Shown: one piece after another, positions 42,590 to 53,890 of the stretch
Position numbering within the stretch: position 1 is the first letter of the stretch
Layout: each line of letters starts with the position of its first letter
Source of the DNA: Gonapodya sp. JEL0774
Taxonomy: Eukaryota
Direction of reading: 5' to 3'
DNA length: 64,000 nucleotides
Assembly (NCBI GenBank): GCA_027604505.1
Contig: JADIIX010000002.1
Span: 248,001-312,000 of the forward strand
Made by a program: the position numbers and the translations under genes
Notes under the pieces: generated by a model
Databases searched by the model: none
What the model was told of the DNA's origin: nothing
What the model saw: only the letters and a program-made list of their open reading frames with translations

Positions 42590-42762
42590 GATGACAGAAC
42601 TTGACCCACGAAGTTTTCGCGGTGAAATAGCGCACTTAGCGGCAAATTCCGCGACGAAACGTGTAAGTTTTCAGTCTGTGTGGGGCAAGATATCAGACAA
42701 CCCCAACCGGCACCCGCCTCACCCCATACTCCACTCACACTTCATGGGCATTTCCCTAAAAG
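42590..42762. promoter_or_regulatory. Short bidirectional promoter region between RPB2 and CEG1
   Basis: 173 bp separate the divergent start codons. Contains TTTTCGCGG and TTCCGCGACGAAA (E2F/SCB-like). Regulatory function is inferred. Confidence 0.5.
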
Positions 42763-44731
42763 ATGGCGGCCCCGGACTCAACGAAGCACCCGACTCCAGA
42801 GCTCCCGTCTCTATCATCGTTTCCGAGCGTGGTTCCCGAACTGGAGCGTGAACTTCAGAAGAAGGTTGCCATACTCATGGGCCTGTCTGCCAACTCAACC
42901 CGATTTCCCGGAGCGCAACCCGTATCCTTCCAAAAATCTCACATTGACGCTCTTATGTCGGAACACTACTTTGTTTCAGAGAAGGCAGATGGTATGTCCA
43001 TCTGCTCGATCATCATGTTTGCCTGAACCCAAAAGCCCCTTCTTCCGTCGCTGAAGGCATCCGATGTCTCATTTACACTGCCAGGGCCGATGGAGATTTC
43101 TTCCATAGCTTTCTGGTACTTTGAATGGGTCCTTCTGAGCCAGAAGATTGGGTGTACGCTCACCCAAACGGACTTTCCCACTGACACAAGATTGACCGCA
43201 AGAACTCATACTACTTTGTGGAAAACCTCTTGTTTCCACTCCCAAATGATCCGCACTTTCATCACTTTCATGACAGCACGGTGCTGGGTGGGTGTCGCCG
43301 GCACCATAAGGCGTTTTGTGAGAATTGAGCGCACGAACCAATCAAATTTAGATGGAGAGCTTATCCTCGACGTCCTGGATAATGGAGAGCGAAGAATGAG
43401 ATTCCTTCTGTTTGACCTTGTTGTGCTTGATGGGCAACCCTGCATGCACCGAACATACGATATACGACTTGGGGTACGTAAGTTGCTAACATGGTCAAAT
43501 CTTCGTAACTCATATCTGTCCCACATGTACGCGATATATAGAAACTTAAGAAGCTCGTCTTGGAGCCATATCACCACTACATGCGCTACCTTGACCAACT
43601 CCCGGACGGTTTCAACCGCAAACCCTCTTTCCGGTGAGATCTTTCCGCCGCACATTTGCTTTCGAGGGGTTGAGCCCTCACATGGGATTTAGCGTTGAAT
43701 TGAAGCCGCTCCAGCTTTCCTACCACACGAAACAAGTGTTCGAAGACATGAAGAAAGTTCATCATGGTACGGATGGGGTGATTTTCACGTCACAGTATTC
43801 GTCGTATGTTACCGGTACATGTTCAACTATGTGAGTGATAAAGTGTGCTTGAGTGGTGACGTGTTGACCGAGGGACCGGCGAACAGGGTCAAATGGAAAC
43901 CAGCACACGAGAACACCGTCGATTTTCGCATCCACGTTTCCGCAACTGAAAAAATACCACGGTATTTCCTTCAATCTGTGATTTCGGGTGAAGGACCTGC
44001 TGCGAGATATCGAACGGAAGGGGAGTTCATATTGGAACCAGAACTGATCGAGTGAGATGTTTTTTGTGTTCATATACGGTAGTGATTCGTGGATGAACTT
44101 GATGCATCATTTGATATCTTCAGTTCGTGGACAAAGAACCCGCCTGATGGGCGAATTGCGGAGTTCCGGTACGACCCCAATTGGCCTGAGCATTGGCGGT
44201 TCGCGAGATGGAGAGATGACAAAAGAGAACCCAACCATATATCGACAGTTGACTCGGTGATGGAAAGCATTAAAAACGGAGTGGACCAAGAAGAGGTTCG
44301 CTGCTGTTGTGAATGCTTCACTTGTCGGTATGATCTTCGTTGACTCTCCACTCTGCGGTGCTGCGGTTCAGTTGCTCCGCGCAATGGACAAAATTCGTGA
44401 AAGGTGGAAAATCCGCGATGCAATTACCAAAGGAAATTCTCAAATTTCTCAGTCTTCACCGGGTCAACGTCTACCTGGCCCGCACCTCGCACGTTCGCCT
44501 GATCCAAATGCACCACCATCGCCGTATGGCTCTCAATCGCCGCCTCCAACTGGATATCCTCGGGAGTCCCATCCACCATTGCCATCTTATAGATTTAATG
44601 GCGGAGGACGACGTGATCTTGAGAGTCCTGGTGTCCAAAGGAACAGCCCAAATTCACTAGAATCGACGACGGGTTTGAAACGGCAAAGAGAGGAATTACT
44701 AGAAAGCAACGTCGCAAAGAGGCAGCGATGA
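42763..44731 (+). CDS. CEG1: mRNA capping enzyme, guanylyltransferase subunit
   Basis: FPGAQPVSF, motif I EKADG, III DGEL, IIIa FDL, IV DGVIF, V KWKP..NTVDF, VI RWRDDK..PN. No triphosphatase domain, which is the fungal arrangement. Confidence 0.93.
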
Positions 44732-44819
44732 ATGGGCTGGACGTGGCTTTCCCACTGAAAATAGACTATCACGGATTCAAATTCAAATTGTGTTTTCTTT
44801 TGTTTTATACATGGTGCAC

Positions 44820-47800
44820 TTATTGTGGCCAATAGCCTTGTTGTGGATAGCCCCCCCAACTTCCCGTTGCACCTGCGGTTGGCCACCCACCGGTCACAGG
44901 TGCCTGTTGTGGGGCCTGATATGGGCTTCCCGACGGCGATGAACCGGTCCGTGCCTTTTTAGATGAGTTTGTGAGATCGTCGTCCAAACCACGCTTTCGA
45001 GAACTTTCTGCACCAGTGCCCGCGGGAAACTCCTTATTCAGGGTAGAAAAGAGGCTGACGTATCCAGGAGGATCGTTCCCCCGTTCCGTAACATAATCGA
45101 GATAGCGAAGCGCGAAGTCACGTCGATCTTCCGAGGAAAGGTGGGAGGAGGACCGAAGAGCCTCAAACGCAGATTTTACGTGCTCGGGTGCTTGAAGTGG
45201 CCAAATGTACGACAGTCGGCCCATAGTGATGCCTTTCAAAACCGCTTTTTCACACACCTGTTTGTTCCATCTCAAAATTAAACCAACTTATCCAGAAAAA
45301 TTTGTGTGAACCAAGAGTGTCGACATTCTCTGTGAAAATGCTTCGTCCTTCAGCCGGCTTATTACATGCCTGCAAAACACTCGGATTCATATTTCATAGA
45401 TGTGATAGGTAAGAGATCGAGAAACTCACATGCAGCAGCAAGAATGCCTTCTGTATCAACAAGAACATCCTCCCTTTCACATCTCGTGCTCCTACCCCGG
45501 CAGCCTCCCCGTCATCATCCTCCTGCGCATTACCGTTGGCCTTTGTTGCCATTTTCGACAATGCAGTATCTAACGTCGCTAAAGCATCTTCAATGTGGCC
45601 CTGCCTTCTTTCGAAATGTGCAAGTCGTGCGGCAGGCTCTGCGGCAGTCGGGACTGCGGCAACCAGTGTTCGGTACGACTGGCGAGCCTCTGAAATCTCG
45701 CCCTGTGCCTCTTGTAATGCCGCGTTCAACAGTCGAATTTGTATTCGACTAGGGAGCAGGTGGTCGAAATCACGAGTGATGAAAAGTATAAAATCGGTTC
45801 GAATGAACCAGTAACTCACGTGGGGTGCACGTGGATGTTCACGGCTCGGTAGAGGGCATTTGCAGCTCGTGCAGAATCTCCTAAATTCATAAGGTACTTC
45901 ACATAGCGAAGCCAAAACTCCTCATACATGGCCTGAGATTGAGAAACGTGAAAGTCAGACAACACGCCCCGGGATGACAACAACAGAAAACACAATACTG
46001 ACGCACGCTACGAGACATCTTTCATATAGTGCATATACCCTTGCAACGTCTCCTTCACCTTCCTCAAAGTCCAAGTACTTCCGCCAGTTGTTCAGTTGAA
46101 CATCATCTAGAGGCTTAACGTGGAAGTAAGGTCGACGGATCTCCCCTTCGTACACCCAACGCTTCATGACTTCGGCTTGTGTATTCATATAAATCTCCGA
46201 TTTCAGAGCGTGAATTCGTTGTCGCAATTCCAGGTCGAACTCCGCTGCTGTTCGGTCTCTAGGTTGTTCACCTTCTTTCAAGGCAACAGGTACTGCTCTA
46301 ATTTCTGCTTCCAGACGGTTGTATTCCTCAGTAGTGAGGATCTCAGCAACGGGTCGGGTAACAGACAGCTGTGAGTACCTGCATCGTCGCAAAACGTGTG
46401 CAACAGGTGAAGTTCAACATCGACTTGCATGGCAGTATACTCACTTTTCAAAGAACCGCGCGTATTGGTGCAAGGGGATCCTGATAACTCGCTCGAGGAC
46501 TGAGAGCATTCGTCCGTGCTCATGCCGGGATTCCTCAAACTCGAGATACTTGTCCCAGAACGGATGAGACATGAAATCAAGACCTATGGCAGCAGCCCCA
46601 CGCTCGAATAATCTGTGGGTGGGCGGATTGAATAAAGAACCCAATGATAGTTAGTCACCCTCAATGTCAAAACGTGTCAAACAATACAAAAAAGGGGGGG
46701 TGGGGGCGGGGGAACAAAGTTGACTGTGATGATAGCAAATACGACAGAATTCATCACTTCGGAGAGTGTAGAGACCTTGCACCTCCTCCAAGCAAAATAA
46801 GCGCAGCAAAGTGCGAACCAGCGACTACATGGGGCCGTTGCCCCGAGCACTGTGTCGATGTACCTTGTCAAGTCGGAGCTACTCTCTCACTGTACAATGT
46901 CCTTAGCTTTACTCAGCCTCAGGATCTCTGGAAGAGCACTTCCACGAACAAAGACTAGTAGCGATTCGGTGAGTCATAGTTTTGTCGCTTGTGCGAGCCA
47001 GAAACGCAGTAACACAGGACAAACAAATCATCCGAAACTTGCGGCTTCTATGGAGCAGGCGAAGAGCGGCCTCGGCTTCTGCAGAGTCGTGCTTGCCCTT
47101 CCAGTCAATGGTGTGGGACCTGGACGATTGCTTGCTTCCACTAATACCCGGACCCAAACTACACTCCTAACACCCCGAAATGGTTTCCCAGTGGGATGTG
47201 CCTTCTGCCTCAATACCGGCGAAGCCATGGGTATAATAAATCTCCCATAACTCTCTCCACAAGGAATGGAAAGAGAACTCGCCAAAACACCAAAAATCAC
47301 GTCAAGAATGATCCTTTGACAACTCACTCTCGAATTTTATCGTCGTCTTTGGTGTGCTCGATCTTGAAAGTAATATAATGCGTCCACAGTTCCGTGCTGT
47401 TGTGGATGGATTGAATACCACGCTCGAATATCTATCGAAGAAAACGTCCATAGAACATAAACAACAGGGTGATTATAGACGTTGGGCAGTGGGTGTAAGT
47501 GTTTCACGTGTAGGTGAACAGATGTACGTTGAGGTAACTCACCCCTTCCGCGACCTGTGCTCCTTCAACTGCCATCTCCAAATCGGCATACTTCTTCCAA
47601 TAGCCGAAGCACAACGGAAATTTGGCCAGGAAGTGGTCATAAACAGTCTGTGCTCTCTGCAAGGCTTCTGGCGGCGACTGTGGATTCAATCCTCCGTCTA
47701 CAGCTTCCGCAAGTCGAATGAGGCCTTCCCATGAACTAAAATCTGAAGAGTCCTTGGTGACGGTCTCCCAAAGGCGATCCCTGTACAGTTCGGGGTGGTG

Positions 47801-48062
47801 ATAGGGAGCACCGATTTTATCGTGGAAGCAGGAGAAAACCCAACGCTCTGAGTAAGGACCTCCTCTCGAACCAAGCTTGTGAAAACTCAATGAGAGAACT
47901 TGAATGCTAACCATTCTGACTTGGATTCCTCCCCGTTCGGTCGTTCCTCGGCTGTTGAGGATAGATGTGAGAGGTGCCATCTCAAATGTTCGAATTGAGT
48001 ATGAACTGGACGGGACTTGCAACTGACACACCTGCAAGAGCGCCCGTAGTTTGGTCTTCCAT
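44820..48062 (-). CDS. PRP39: U1 snRNP HAT-repeat splicing factor PRP39
   Basis: YDHFLAKFPLCFGYWKKYADLE, IFERGIQSIHNSTELWTHY, LFERGAAAIGLDFMSHPFWDKYLEFE, IRRPYFHVKPL, NWRKYLDFEE, LYERCLVAC. Confidence 0.93.
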
Positions 48063-48155
48063 GTCTCCTCGGCGGTATGCGAGAAAATTGGAATGTGAGC
48101 GATGGTGGTCTGCGGACGTCAAATTGTGAATCTTATGCTATCTTACGGTCATTCA

Positions 48156-50114
48156 CTAAGTGCGCTTCAAAAGCCAGATTTTTCCCTCCACTTTGACATT
48201 CAACGGCCACGCCTCTCTCAAAAATTTCTCTACGTACCATCGTACTCCTCCCTCCCATTCCCCAAGTGCTGCCGCCGACAACGTCCGCCACCACTGCATT
48301 TTTAGAAACCGAACGTCCAATCCTGCATAACCCTCGACCTCGTTTATTATCTTCCATTTCCCTACCCATAGAAAGAGACGAGGGTCCTCTGTCAGAACGT
48401 GGGTGTACCCTGCGAGCTCAAAATCCGCTACCCGGTTGTGCGTTTCATCCTTTGAGTATCTCCAATAGCTCCCAGAGTGTTCGTCAGCGAACGCAGCTGC
48501 GGTTTCATTTGCTGGTTGTCCGGCTGTCCGGGCATGTTTCCGCTCCAAGCTCACGTCCGACCAAAGCTCACCAAAGCGCGTCGCGCCAGTCATGCAAGTG
48601 AGCACATCCATGTGTACATACACTTGGGCAGGGCCCTTTGGGGGTCCTTTCACAAGTTTGTGTAGGTTTGACAAGGCCACTCCGCCTGGGTAGTTTAAGG
48701 ACGATACGTATACAGAAAACGCGGTTGAGAGCGCCGAAATGAGCAGTCCCAGAAGCGCTGCGACATGAACCCAGCGATAAACGTTTCGGCGATTACTGCT
48801 TGTGACATATATGCGAGAGGAAGAGACCGAGTCCCTGCTGGTACCTGCGAAGTCGGAACTCGTGCACCACTCTGCTCCTTCATGAATCTTCGCTAGAGCC
48901 ATTCCCGCGCTGAGGTTCAAAACGGGCACTACATACTGCACAAACCGCCACTCTTTGTGGCCAACCCCTGAATATATAGCGACAAATACTAATGACGGTA
49001 AGAGGTAGATGCGGCTTGGTGGAACGGCATACGCTGCATACGCTGCGAGAGGAACGGCAATGGTGGCAATCCTGGGCACCAGCACGACGTAGTACCACCA
49101 AGGATGGATCCCCCAGTCCGCGTGTTTCCCCTCGATCGCGTTGAACACAAACGACGCCGCTTCTGGCCACATGAAGGGACGTCCCCAGAAATAAGAGTCG
49201 AGAAGGAGTGTCAAGAGAACGGCACTAGCGCTGGCTAAAACGCCCGTCCGTAGTACGGCCGAGATGTTGGCGCGCCGAGTGAGGAAGAGTTCGGATGCCA
49301 GAATCGGTGCAGCAAGAGCAGCCACTTCAGCGCGGAAAATGGCAGCAGTGAATGCGAGGTAGGTCACGATGGAGCCGACCAATGACTCTGCGGATGCCGC
49401 AATGCTTGTCACAGACGGAAGGACGGGTTGCTTGGGGTCCCCAGACTTTTTGCTACTTTTGCTCACTGTCCTTGACGAATCTAGAAGGGTCCATGATGCG
49501 ACGCTGGCGTGAGGTGGCGATAACTGAATCCATTTCGCGAGAGCCAGATTCCACAGCCCCATCGCATATGTATTTGGAATCGTCCGCGATCCCCAATACA
49601 GAAGATGAAATTGCGTTGCGCACATTAGCGTAAACCATCGTGCTGTCAACAGGCCATATCGAGCGTGTACTGCTATCCGGACCTGTCGCAGAGTCCATAC
49701 AGTGAAGCACGCAAGAATCACCCGCACGAAGTACTGTAGAGAAAATTTAGGCAGCTTGAACACTGTAGTTGCGATGATTTTGAAGGGCCATGTCGCCCCT
49801 GCCAACGCTAAAGCACCGACAAAAGTTCGCGGAACGGCGCCGGGAAATTCGAGGTGGTCATAGAGGGCAAGACTGCTTGGTTGCACGCCATAGAAAAGTA
49901 TGTCGTGAATGGCCTGTATGTTGAAAGATTCCTCAACTTTTGTGTATGGGCATGTGATGATGTAAAGAAGTGAGAGGGAGAAGAGACAAATGTCGGGGAG
50001 GAACGACAGCGCATCGTACGGTGGCTGGAGTTGAGAGCGGCGAGATGCCGCAGTAGAGGACACAGTGCGTAAAATATTTTGGAAGACATTCCGAATCAGT
50101 TTCGGAGTTGGCAT
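48156..50114 (-). CDS. ALG12: Dol-P-Man alpha-1,6-mannosyltransferase ALG12 (GT22), apparently intronless
   Basis: CPYTKVEESFNIQAIHD, YDHLEFPGAVPRTF, QFHLLYWGSRTIPN, IFRAE, HKEWRF, SLNYPGG, VHMDVLTCMTGATRF, YSKDE. Confidence 0.93.
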   Translation of the reverse strand: MPTPKLIRNVFQNILRTVSSTAASRRSQLQPPYDALSFLPDICLFSLSLLYIITCPYTKVEESFNIQAIHDILFYGVQPSSLALYDHLEFPGAVPRTFVGALALAGATWPFKIIATTVFKLPKFSLQYFVRVILACFTVWTLRQVRIAVHARYGLLTARWFTLMCATQFHLLYWGSRTIPNTYAMGLWNLALAKWIQLSPPHASVASWTLLDSSRTVSKSSKKSGDPKQPVLPSVTSIAASAESLVGSIVTYLAFTAAIFRAEVAALAAPILASELFLTRRANISAVLRTGVLASASAVLLTLLLDSYFWGRPFMWPEAASFVFNAIEGKHADWGIHPWWYYVVLVPRIATIAVPLAAYAAYAVPPSRIYLLPSLVFVAIYSGVGHKEWRFVQYVVPVLNLSAGMALAKIHEGAEWCTSSDFAGTSRDSVSSSRIYVTSSNRRNVYRWVHVAALLGLLISALSTAFSVYVSSLNYPGGVALSNLHKLVKGPPKGPAQVYVHMDVLTCMTGATRFGELWSDVSLERKHARTAGQPANETAAAFADEHSGSYWRYSKDETHNRVADFELAGYTHVLTEDPRLFLWVGKWKIINEVEGYAGLDVRFLKMQWWRTLSAAALGEWEGGVRWYVEKFLREAWPLNVKVEGKIWLLKRT

Positions 50115-50488
50115 CTGGCGGTTGAGTATTGGGACATGGCGTCGCTCATAAACTACTTCATGGGCACCCACCGCTTCTAACCACCGCACTCCAGACCGTC
50201 AATGCTCACTCTCCCGTTTGCTGATTGATTGCATAAATTCGTCTCACATTTGCGCAAAGGAGGGAACCAATAGTATTTGACACTCCTGATGATAGTCACT
50301 GTCCTTCGGTGATGTTAACGTCACAATAAAACGTCTCCATTACACAGATCGAGATGAAGTAACGGACCACTTGTGTGTCTTTGCAGATGTGTATTCATGT
50401 AGCGTGTACACGTGGTTGCGTTACACTTTCCAACCACTCGTAACTCGTAGTCGATTCCCGTCCGTCTTTCCCAACATCATCCGCAGTG

Positions 50489-52204
50489 ATGCTTCACGCA
50501 TCTCCTCCTGTCACTCCGTCCCCAGTAGCTTCCGTGGCGTCTGGCGATGCGATGGAATCCCTGTGGCCGCCGCTGTCCAATTTTCTCGACGTCGTTTTCT
50601 GTCCCCAGGGGTTTGACAGGAATAGAATGGCAGTTTTCTCGCATGAGGAGCTCTACAGGTGCGTTTCTCCAGGTCGGCGAGCCCGGTAATCTCTGCGACC
50701 GTCTGACAGCTGGTCTTTTGACCTGCGAGCGGAACATCGCCTCGATCGCTTCATCTTGCACATGGGCACTTGCTTGATCTGAAACTGTGAACGATGACGG
50801 TCATATGATTCACAACTTCTCTCTTCCTGACATCAAACTCAAGATCAGTGTACACTATCTGCTGCCGAGGTCAACGTGCGGCCCTTCTTTCCACCCTCCT
50901 TGCTTACATTGACTCCGCATTTGAGCGTGCTGAACGTGATATTAACGCACCGTTCGAGATAGGTGGAGGTGGAGGCGGGGGGCTCGATCCAGCCCTTCAC
51001 GGAGTCGGCGCAGCGGCGGGAGGATGGCTGGCGAGATTTGCAAGAGCGTTGGCAGATGGCGTTAGGGCCAGTGAGGTGACGGCGCATGTGTTTGCTTACC
51101 TTGTGAGTGTCGTTGGTTGATTGATTGGCACGGGTGGCGATGACAACGCCCTGGTGAGGGAGGTCAGCGCCGTCTCCTACCATTCTACCACATCTGCCAC
51201 GACCGTTTCTTGTTTTGCTCACTCTTGCCAATCCTAGGACCGTATCCAAGTCCGCGCCACTCACCCAGCCGGACTGCGTGACTTACTACTCTCTCACTTC
51301 CAACACCGTGTTCTCTCATCTCCAGCAACTGAAGAGAAATTGTTCGTCGCACTACATCTATGGGAACGAGGGACGAGGAGTATAGCCGCAGGTGGAGTGG
51401 GAGAGGCCGGAGTGAGAGTGATTGGAGTGGACAATGATGTGGTGGGGCAGGTTGTCTGTGGTGTTTATGAGGTGTGCAAAGGTGTGTATTGATGTCGTCT
51501 TTTCTGACCTCTCGAGATATCCATGGCATGCTGGGCCTGTTTCGCGCTTCAAACGTTCCACTGATGAGTTCCGCCTCCTGGATATCCATGGAAATCCCAC
51601 CATTCCAGAAAATTTCCGCTTCAATCCTCCTCTCTTCACTCGCATGCTTCCCCTCCACAACCCACCTCTCCCTCTCCCTGCTCTGTCCGATGCTGCTGTA
51701 CTCACCTCGCAGTACGATCAAGCATTAACCCGATACAATCTTGCTGAAATTCGCCGCGATCTCGCTGAAGCTGCTGTTGCTGCTGGGTTGGGGCCTGTTG
51801 CTGGCAGTGGATCTGGCGGCGTCCCGGACAGCAGTGAGAGTGCAGTAACGAGGGCGTTCGGGGGTGCCAAGAGGACGGCAGCAGAACGTAGTGCAGAGAG
51901 TCCGCAGGGCGCTCGCCGACATCCAGGGGTCGGTGGCGGGAGCGGTGGGACTGGTGGGCATTCGGGGCGGGACGAAGGAAAAATTGTGAAAAAGAGGAAT
52001 GTTGCCGCTGTTGGAGGAGTTGACTTGGTTGCCCCTGCTGTGGCGAGGGATGTGACAGAGGAGCCGATAGTGGCTGGTCCAATGGAGCCTTTGAAACGGA
52101 GTAATGTGACGAGGGGAGATAGGAGTGGGTTGGCTGTGAGGAGTAGTCAAGGGGATGGTGATGTGATTGATCTGGGCGAGGAAGATGCCCATATGCAAGA
52201 TTAA
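50489..52204 (+). CDS. CACUL1-like protein (single cullin N-terminal repeat region)
   Basis: Spliced reading LWPPLSNFLD...FSHEELYR|SVYTICC...LLAYIDSAF...VFAYL|DRIQV...NDVVGQVVCGVYEVCK|ENFRFNPPLFTRMLP..NPP. It parallels CACUL1 as I recall it (YWPKL...ISYEQIYSCVYKCVC...[30 protein letters not shown]). Confidence 0.7.
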
Positions 52205-52239
52205 GGAAGGTGTTATTGGAGATGGACACAATTAATTTT

Positions 52240-52420
52240 TTCGTTTAGCAATCCTAACATGACCAATTTTTACCCATGTTTTATGCATGCAATAATGATA
52301 TTACATAACTGGCTATTGAAGATCCAGATCATGCGATGAGTTACATGAAGGAACATCAAAAGGAAACATCTGATATGCCTGCAGATATTACCACAATACC
52401 ACAATGGACAAGGCTCACTC
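52240..52420 (+). pseudogene. Degenerate Helitron Rep-domain fragment
   Basis: Frameshifted reading RFSNPNMTNFYP / CNNDIT* ... AMSYMKEHQK resembles the Helitron Rep signature NxYNP...CNxDI...YxxKYxxK. AT-richer than the flanking genes. Confidence 0.45.
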
Positions 52421-52484
52421 CCATGGTCACTAGTATTTTGAAAGTGAACTTCGTCGGGGGTCGAATGTGAACCTCTTTTTGTAA

Positions 52485-53850
52485 TTTGCTCAGAATGAGC
52501 AATTCCCTATTCATGGACCATTCTTCGAATCAACCGGTTTAGCCTGCCTCTAATTGAGGTTTTCGTCGTCGTTCTCATTGTCTAGCTACTGTAGACTATC
52601 AAATGATATGGCAATATCCATCATCACATAAGCATCTTTCAAATTGTCCGCGCACCTACAAGTGACAGAGCTGATTCTGGGGAGACAACGTTATTGCTTT
52701 TTCCTCCCAAAGGTCAGCTGGTCACTCCCAGCGCCGTCAGCTCCCCACTGTAACTTCGACCATCGATTTGAGTTTCGCATCGAATTACACGGGCTTTGAG
52801 GACCTTAAGCCCTTGTTCTTAAAAAACAACAGTCGCCTTCGCACAATTTATTGACAGATAATTTGTGTTGTTTGCAAACACAATCAGCACCCCCTCTTGA
52901 CAGACTGATGGGTCGCAAGCGGAAACGACAACTGGCGACAGCGAGACCACCGAACAAAACGAACAAAACGAACAATCGGACGCTTCCGCATCCGGAAGAG
53001 CGCACCCTCTCGTTGTCTCCGTCACCACCTGACGGATTGGATAGGGCCACCAGAGGAAGTGAGATCGCTGGAATAACACAACAAAGAGGGCAAATTTTAC
53101 AGTGAGTACTTTGTGCCCGCGATTTTCAGTGGATACATTCATTTTGAAGTTTGTTCGCTACCAGCCATCTCGCCGAACATCACCTCTGAACAGCAATTCC
53201 ACTTGCATCAATTCAATTCTCTTATTCGCGATATAACGAAATCAAAAGAAACTTGCACCGTGTGTGGACAACTGTTTGCTCAAGGCGCTGATGATAAAGA
53301 CATTGAACTCGGAGGGCCTCGTTGGAAACGTGTTCGTAGTTCTCTCTCTCTACGAATCACAACAAGTGAAGCCCTAAAAAATCACTGGAGCTACAAAGAT
53401 CACCCAGCCGCTGCAGATTTGAATGGATTGGTACTTGATAGGCACGGATTTGTCCGGCCAAGTTTGATGCCCACAAAAGACTTGAGTGCACCCATGCAAG
53501 GTCGTGGAAAACAGAAACAGAAAGAAATCACTCCTGAAAATGCTACGTACAAATGGTTGCTCATAAATTGCTCTGGTTGTTACAAAGACATTTTACAAAA
53601 TGAAATTTGTCCTAGCAAATGGACTGTTCCGAGGACCATCTGGAAGTGATTGAATGTGAACAGCTGCCAATCTTGACTACAGCAGAGGAAATTGTTATTG
53701 CTAGAAACAGATTTTGCTTTGTTTCCTCTCACTCTATACATTAATACATCTTATCTTTCACATTTATACCCCACACTGACACTTATCCTTTATCCATTCT
53801 GAGCAAAAAAGCTTCGTCCGTGCTACCGCTGCGCTGGCACGACTTAGGTT
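52485..53850 (+). mobile_element. Non-autonomous non-canonical Helitron (Helitron2/Helentron-like) with a DUF6570-like pseudogene fragment
   Basis: Perfect 13-bp inverted repeats TTTGCTCAGAATG (52485-52497) and CATTCTGAGCAAA (53795-53807). 5' hairpin TTGCTCA-GAA-TGAGCAA and 3' GC-rich hairpin at 53816-53843. Internal frameshifted CTVCG...CSGC...LANGLFRG...LPILTTAEEIVIARNR. Confidence 0.75.
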
Positions 53851-53890
53851 TCGTATGTAATCAGAACCACTTCAAAGTCCACTTTAGGCC

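Noticed and set aside
42920..42932. GTATCCTT, resembling a U12-type 5' splice site
   Set aside because: Lies within the conserved CEG1 coding motif QPVSF, so no intron is needed.
45795..45812. GGTTCGAAT, resembling a tRNA T-loop
   Set aside because: Only a small hairpin inside a PRP39 intron; no cloverleaf can be formed.
47290..47320. AGGATCATTCT on the minus strand, resembling U3 snoRNA box A
   Set aside because: No correctly arranged B, C and D boxes follow, and it sits directly beside the splice donor.
48156..50114. Intronless ALG12 as a retrogene
   Set aside because: Exons of similar or greater length occur in neighbouring genes (POLG ~2.9 kb), and there is no poly(A) remnant or target-site duplication.
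51702..52231. Two minus-strand ORFs of 168-175 aa
   Set aside because: Antisense to the GC-rich last exon of the CACUL1-like gene; low complexity.
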